Origin: Nitrosopumilaceae archaeon
GTDB taxonomy: Archaea > Thermoproteota > Nitrososphaeria > Nitrososphaerales > Nitrosopumilaceae
Assembly (NCBI GenBank): GCA_035456305.1
Contig: DATIDL010000156.1
Coordinates: 1 to 48,785, forward strand
Length of the DNA: 48,785 nt
Direction: 5' to 3'
The position numbers and the translations under genes are program-made. Shown piece by piece: positions 45,957-48,785 of the stretch. Below the pieces are notes generated by a model that was not told the origin of the DNA, made no database searches, and saw only the letters and a list, made by a program, of their open reading frames with translations. The stretch's first letter is position 1, and every line of letters begins with the position of its first letter.

Positions 45957-45980
45957 TTTTGTTACCAAGAATCTCCTCCG

Positions 45981-45988
45981 TTTTTATT
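45981..45988 (-). promoter_or_regulatory. TATA box (AATAAAAA) for tRNA-Ala
   Basis: Lies 25-32 nt upstream of the tRNA 5' end. Confidence 0.4.
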
Positions 45989-46035
45989 CATTTACTCTCA
46001 AAGAATAATACTGGGATTCAAAGAAAAAACATTGG

Positions 46036-47430
46036 ATGACTTTTGATACCGTAATTACTGATTCACACGTAGTTTTACCTAGCGGAATTGTTGAAAAAAA
46101 TATTGTGATTGATAATGGTAAAATTGTCAATCTTACAAACGACATTCCTCAATGTGATGTTAAAATTAACGGTCGTGGTCTAGTTTCAATGCCTGGTGCT
46201 ATAGACCCTCATGTGCATTATGGCGTGTATTCACCAATAGAAAAAGCCGCGATTACAGAATCACGTGTTGCAGCAATTGGTGGAGTTACAACAATGATGA
46301 GGATGTTGCGATTAGGCGGTTCGTACAAAAAACTTCTTCCATCGCATCTTTCCCAAAGTGCTACTACTCACTATGTAGATTATGCAATACATGCGTCAAT
46401 CCTACAGAAAGATCAAATAGATGAAATGGAATTTTGCACAAAAAACGGAATCCAATCATTCAAAATTTACATGAATCTTGGAGAAGATATAGGACATGTA
46501 TACATGGACATGGAGCCTGAAACAAATCAACTCCATGAAGAAAAAGTTGAGATGAATTTAGACATGATTGAAAAAATAATTGCGAATGCTGCATCTCTTG
46601 GTTGTCCTGTTTTAGTTCATGCCGAAGATTATCAAATGTGTTCTTGCGGAATCCGTGAAGCAAGAGAAAAAAATAAGGATGGACTGGGAGCATGGTCAGA
46701 GAGCAGATCTGTGGAATCTGAAGTCAAATCCATACGAACCATCTCTAAAATTGCAAGAAAAATTGGGTGTACACTGTATTTTGTACACATTGGTTCAGAA
46801 GGCGCAATGAATGCAATAAAAGATGAAAAAAAGAATGGCACAAAAATCCATGTTGAAACTTGTCCTCATTATCTCACTCTCTCATTTGAATCCCAGAATG
46901 GATACTTGGCTAAAGTAATGCCACCAATAAGGACTTCAAAAGATGTAGATGCAGTATGGAAAGAGATCCACAATGGTATGGTTGACACAATAGGAACAGA
47001 TCACGTTGCAAATCAACTAAAACTAAAGCTTGGAGGAAATGATGTGTGGGGCGCACTAGCTGGATTTCCAGGTATAGGTACCATGTTGCCAATATTGATA
47101 AGCGAGGGTGTAAACAAAGGTAGGATCACACTACAACAACTGATGGAATTTACAAGCATGAATGCTTCTAAGATTTTTGGAATGTTTCCAAAAAAAGGTA
47201 TCCTGCAAAAAGACTCTGATGCTGACATCGTTATGATAGACATGAAAAAAGAGAATAAAGTGTCAAGCCAACTTCTTGATGGATTTTCAGACTATACAGT
47301 ATATGATGGCTGGAATCTAAAAGGCTGGCCTGTTAAAACAATTGTGAGGGGTGAAATTGTGGCAGAAGATTTTGAAATAATTGGCAAACAGGGTCATGGA
47401 AAATATGTCACAAGATCAAACCTACGTTAG
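46036..47430 (+). CDS. cyclic amidohydrolase (dihydroorotase / dihydropyrimidinase-hydantoinase family)
   Basis: PGAIDPHVHYG metal ligands, SFKIYMN (carboxylated-Lys position), VLVHAED, FVHIGS and GTDHVA. 464 aa. Confidence 0.8.
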   Translation: MTFDTVITDSHVVLPSGIVEKNIVIDNGKIVNLTNDIPQCDVKINGRGLVSMPGAIDPHVHYGVYSPIEKAAITESRVAAIGGVTTMMRMLRLGGSYKKLLPSHLSQSATTHYVDYAIHASILQKDQIDEMEFCTKNGIQSFKIYMNLGEDIGHVYMDMEPETNQLHEEKVEMNLDMIEKIIANAASLGCPVLVHAEDYQMCSCGIREAREKNKDGLGAWSESRSVESEVKSIRTISKIARKIGCTLYFVHIGSEGAMNAIKDEKKNGTKIHVETCPHYLTLSFESQNGYLAKVMPPIRTSKDVDAVWKEIHNGMVDTIGTDHVANQLKLKLGGNDVWGALAGFPGIGTMLPILISEGVNKGRITLQQLMEFTSMNASKIFGMFPKKGILQKDSDADIVMIDMKKENKVSSQLLDGFSDYTVYDGWNLKGWPVKTIVRGEIVAEDFEIIGKQGHGKYVTRSNLR

Positions 47431-48099
47431 AATGTCATATTTGCCATTCTCTTTTACTTTGTAAATGATATCGGGTTTTCTTGTAAATATTCCGACTTCT
47501 ACGACTCCTGGAATTTGTATGATTTTTTCAGCCAATTCTCTTGGTTTTGATATCTCGCCAAAATCGCAATCCAAAATTATGTTACCGTTCTCTGTGACAA
47601 AAGGATAACCACGTTCTATTGTACGTAGAGTTGGCTTTCCAGAATATTTCTGTATGTGTCTTGCTGCAGTGTTTCTAGCAAATGGATGAACTTCTACCGG
47701 TACACTGTGATTTAGTTTTTTTACAAATTTTGACTCGTCTGCTATGATTACAACTTTTTTTGCTATGTTTATGAGTATATTCTCACGTAAAAGTGCACCA
47801 CCACCACCTTTTATCATATATTTTTCTTCATCTATCTGATCTGCACCGTCGAAAACCAGATCAATGTGTTCAATCTGATCTGCTTCAATTATTGGAATGC
47901 CGCCTTTCTCTGCTTCTAATTTGATTTGTAGTGATGTTGGAACTGCTTTTACTCTAATGTTTTTTTCTTTCAAATATGATGAAAGTGATTTCACAAGTGC
48001 TGTAGCAGCCCTTCCACTTCCAAGTCCTAAAACATAATTGTCTTGTATCAGTCTTAATGTGTCCGCTGACAATGCCTTTATGGCATCATCTATTGTCAA
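47422..48099 (-). CDS. rpiA: ribose-5-phosphate isomerase A
   Basis: LGLGSGRAA, FDGADQIDE and KGGGGALLREN. The TTG start immediately follows the upstream TAG. Convergent 9-nt overlap with the amidohydrolase. Confidence 0.9.
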   Translation of the reverse strand: MTIDDAIKALSADTLRLIQDNYVLGLGSGRAATALVKSLSSYLKEKNIRVKAVPTSLQIKLEAEKGGIPIIEADQIEHIDLVFDGADQIDEEKYMIKGGGGALLRENILINIAKKVVIIADESKFVKKLNHSVPVEVHPFARNTAARHIQKYSGKPTLRTIERGYPFVTENGNIILDCDFGEISKPRELAEKIIQIPGVVEVGIFTRKPDIIYKVKENGKYDILT

Positions 48100-48785
48100 C
48101 TATTCTACCTCTACTTGTTCCAGTTTAGAGAGGGCTTTCATTATTTCGTTTTTTATTTTATCAATGTCTTTGTCATCGTCTTCTAATTTTTCATCTTCCG
48201 GTATTTTGACCGCCGCTGGAATCTGGATCTTTTTCTCAACAGGAATCTGTGCAGGTTCTGGTTTTGGAGTTTCTATGACTGGTTGAATCTCAATTTTGGG
48301 TGTTTCTACTACTGACTGAATATTCATTTTGGGTTTTTCTGGTTCTGCAGTTCTACTTGTCATGATTTCTTCTATTATTTGCTTTTGTGGTGTAACAACT
48401 ACTGGTTTGACAAGCTCAACAGGAAATTCTGACATCCTATTTGGTATTTCTGTAAGTGTGATGAGCTCAACTGATTTATGAGGTGCCGCAATGGCAACTT
48501 CAATTGGTGGCAGGGGAGTGTAGGGTTCTTTAGGTTTTTGAATCTCATTTTTAATTTCTATTTTCTTTTGTATTGGTTTCTCAGGAATACTCTCTTTTGG
48601 AGGTTCAAGTTGTTTTATTTGAGGCGGTGTCATTGTAGCCACTGTTATCTTGGAAGAAATTTCATGGAGTCTCTGATCCAGTTGTGAAAGTTTTTGATCC
48701 ATTAATGTGATCAATCCATCTCCTAGAGGGCCAAGATCTGGGTGTTTGCTTGCCGCTTCTAGTTTTTCAATTTTTGCTATTACAA
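48100..48785 (-). CDS. coiled-coil then Lys/Glu/Pro/Ile-rich low-complexity protein (5' end beyond window)
   Basis: The frame stays open upstream of the tracked TTG at 48714 to the window edge (VIAKIEKLEAASKHPDLGPLGDG...). Degenerate repeats such as VVETPKIEIQPVIETPK. Confidence 0.55.
   Translation of the reverse strand, partial: VIAKIEKLEAASKHPDLGPLGDGLITLMDQKLSQLDQRLHEISSKITVATMTPPQIKQLEPPKESIPEKPIQKKIEIKNEIQKPKEPYTPLPPIEVAIAAPHKSVELITLTEIPNRMSEFPVELVKPVVVTPQKQIIEEIMTSRTAEPEKPKMNIQSVVETPKIEIQPVIETPKPEPAQIPVEKKIQIPAAVKIPEDEKLEDDDKDIDKIKNEIMKALSKLEQVEVE

Noticed and set aside
1-48785. CRISPR arrays, transposases/integrases, prophage or toxin-antitoxin/defence islands, large direct or inverted repeats
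   Set aside because: Reading both strands, I found no regularly spaced repeats, no IS/integrase-like ORFs and no GC-deviant accessory block. The only GC-rich patches are stable RNA genes and the small 28.2-kb island.

Overview
Visibly AT-rich, very gene-dense archaeal chromosome segment. The gene content points to an ammonia-oxidising thaumarchaeon of the Nitrosopumilus type. The pointers are an ADP-forming acyl-CoA synthetase next to 4-hydroxybutyryl-CoA dehydratase, GatD/GatE, Cdc48, Pelota, an archaeal 7S/SRP RNA, a grpE-dnaK-dnaJ locus and a tRNA with a non-canonical intron. This placement comes from my memory of those genomes, not from a search. I support about 55 protein genes, 4 tRNAs (Gln, Leu, Val, Ala), 1 SRP RNA and 1 candidate C/D box sRNA. 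Several short genes fall below the 60-aa cutoff of the ORF track: a YHS-domain protein, a C2H2 zinc-finger protein and a Cys/His-rich protein. Many start codons sit about 25-30 nt downstream of TATA-like A/T boxes, which fits leaderless or short-leader mRNAs. I see no CRISPR array, transposase, integrase, prophage or recognisable defence genes, so this is mostly core housekeeping DNA. The most system-like unexplained feature is a metal-sensing and thiol-redox island at 34.1-36.8 kb. It has an Lrp-TRASH regulator plus a NicO-type permease, divergent from translationally coupled DsbD-like, YHS and mini-thioredoxin genes. Other points worth a second look: (1) the Lhr helicase has no canonical in-frame start upstream of its Walker A motif; (2) tRNA-Gln carries a 15-nt insertion between the acceptor and D stems; (3) an exported protein gene is wedged between dnaK and dnaJ; (4) an untracked C/D sRNA lies antisense to its flanking genes; (5) a radical-SAM / UbiE-like / UbiC-like cluster may act in quinone biosynthesis. 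All functional calls come from reading motifs in the translations. None has been verified by search.
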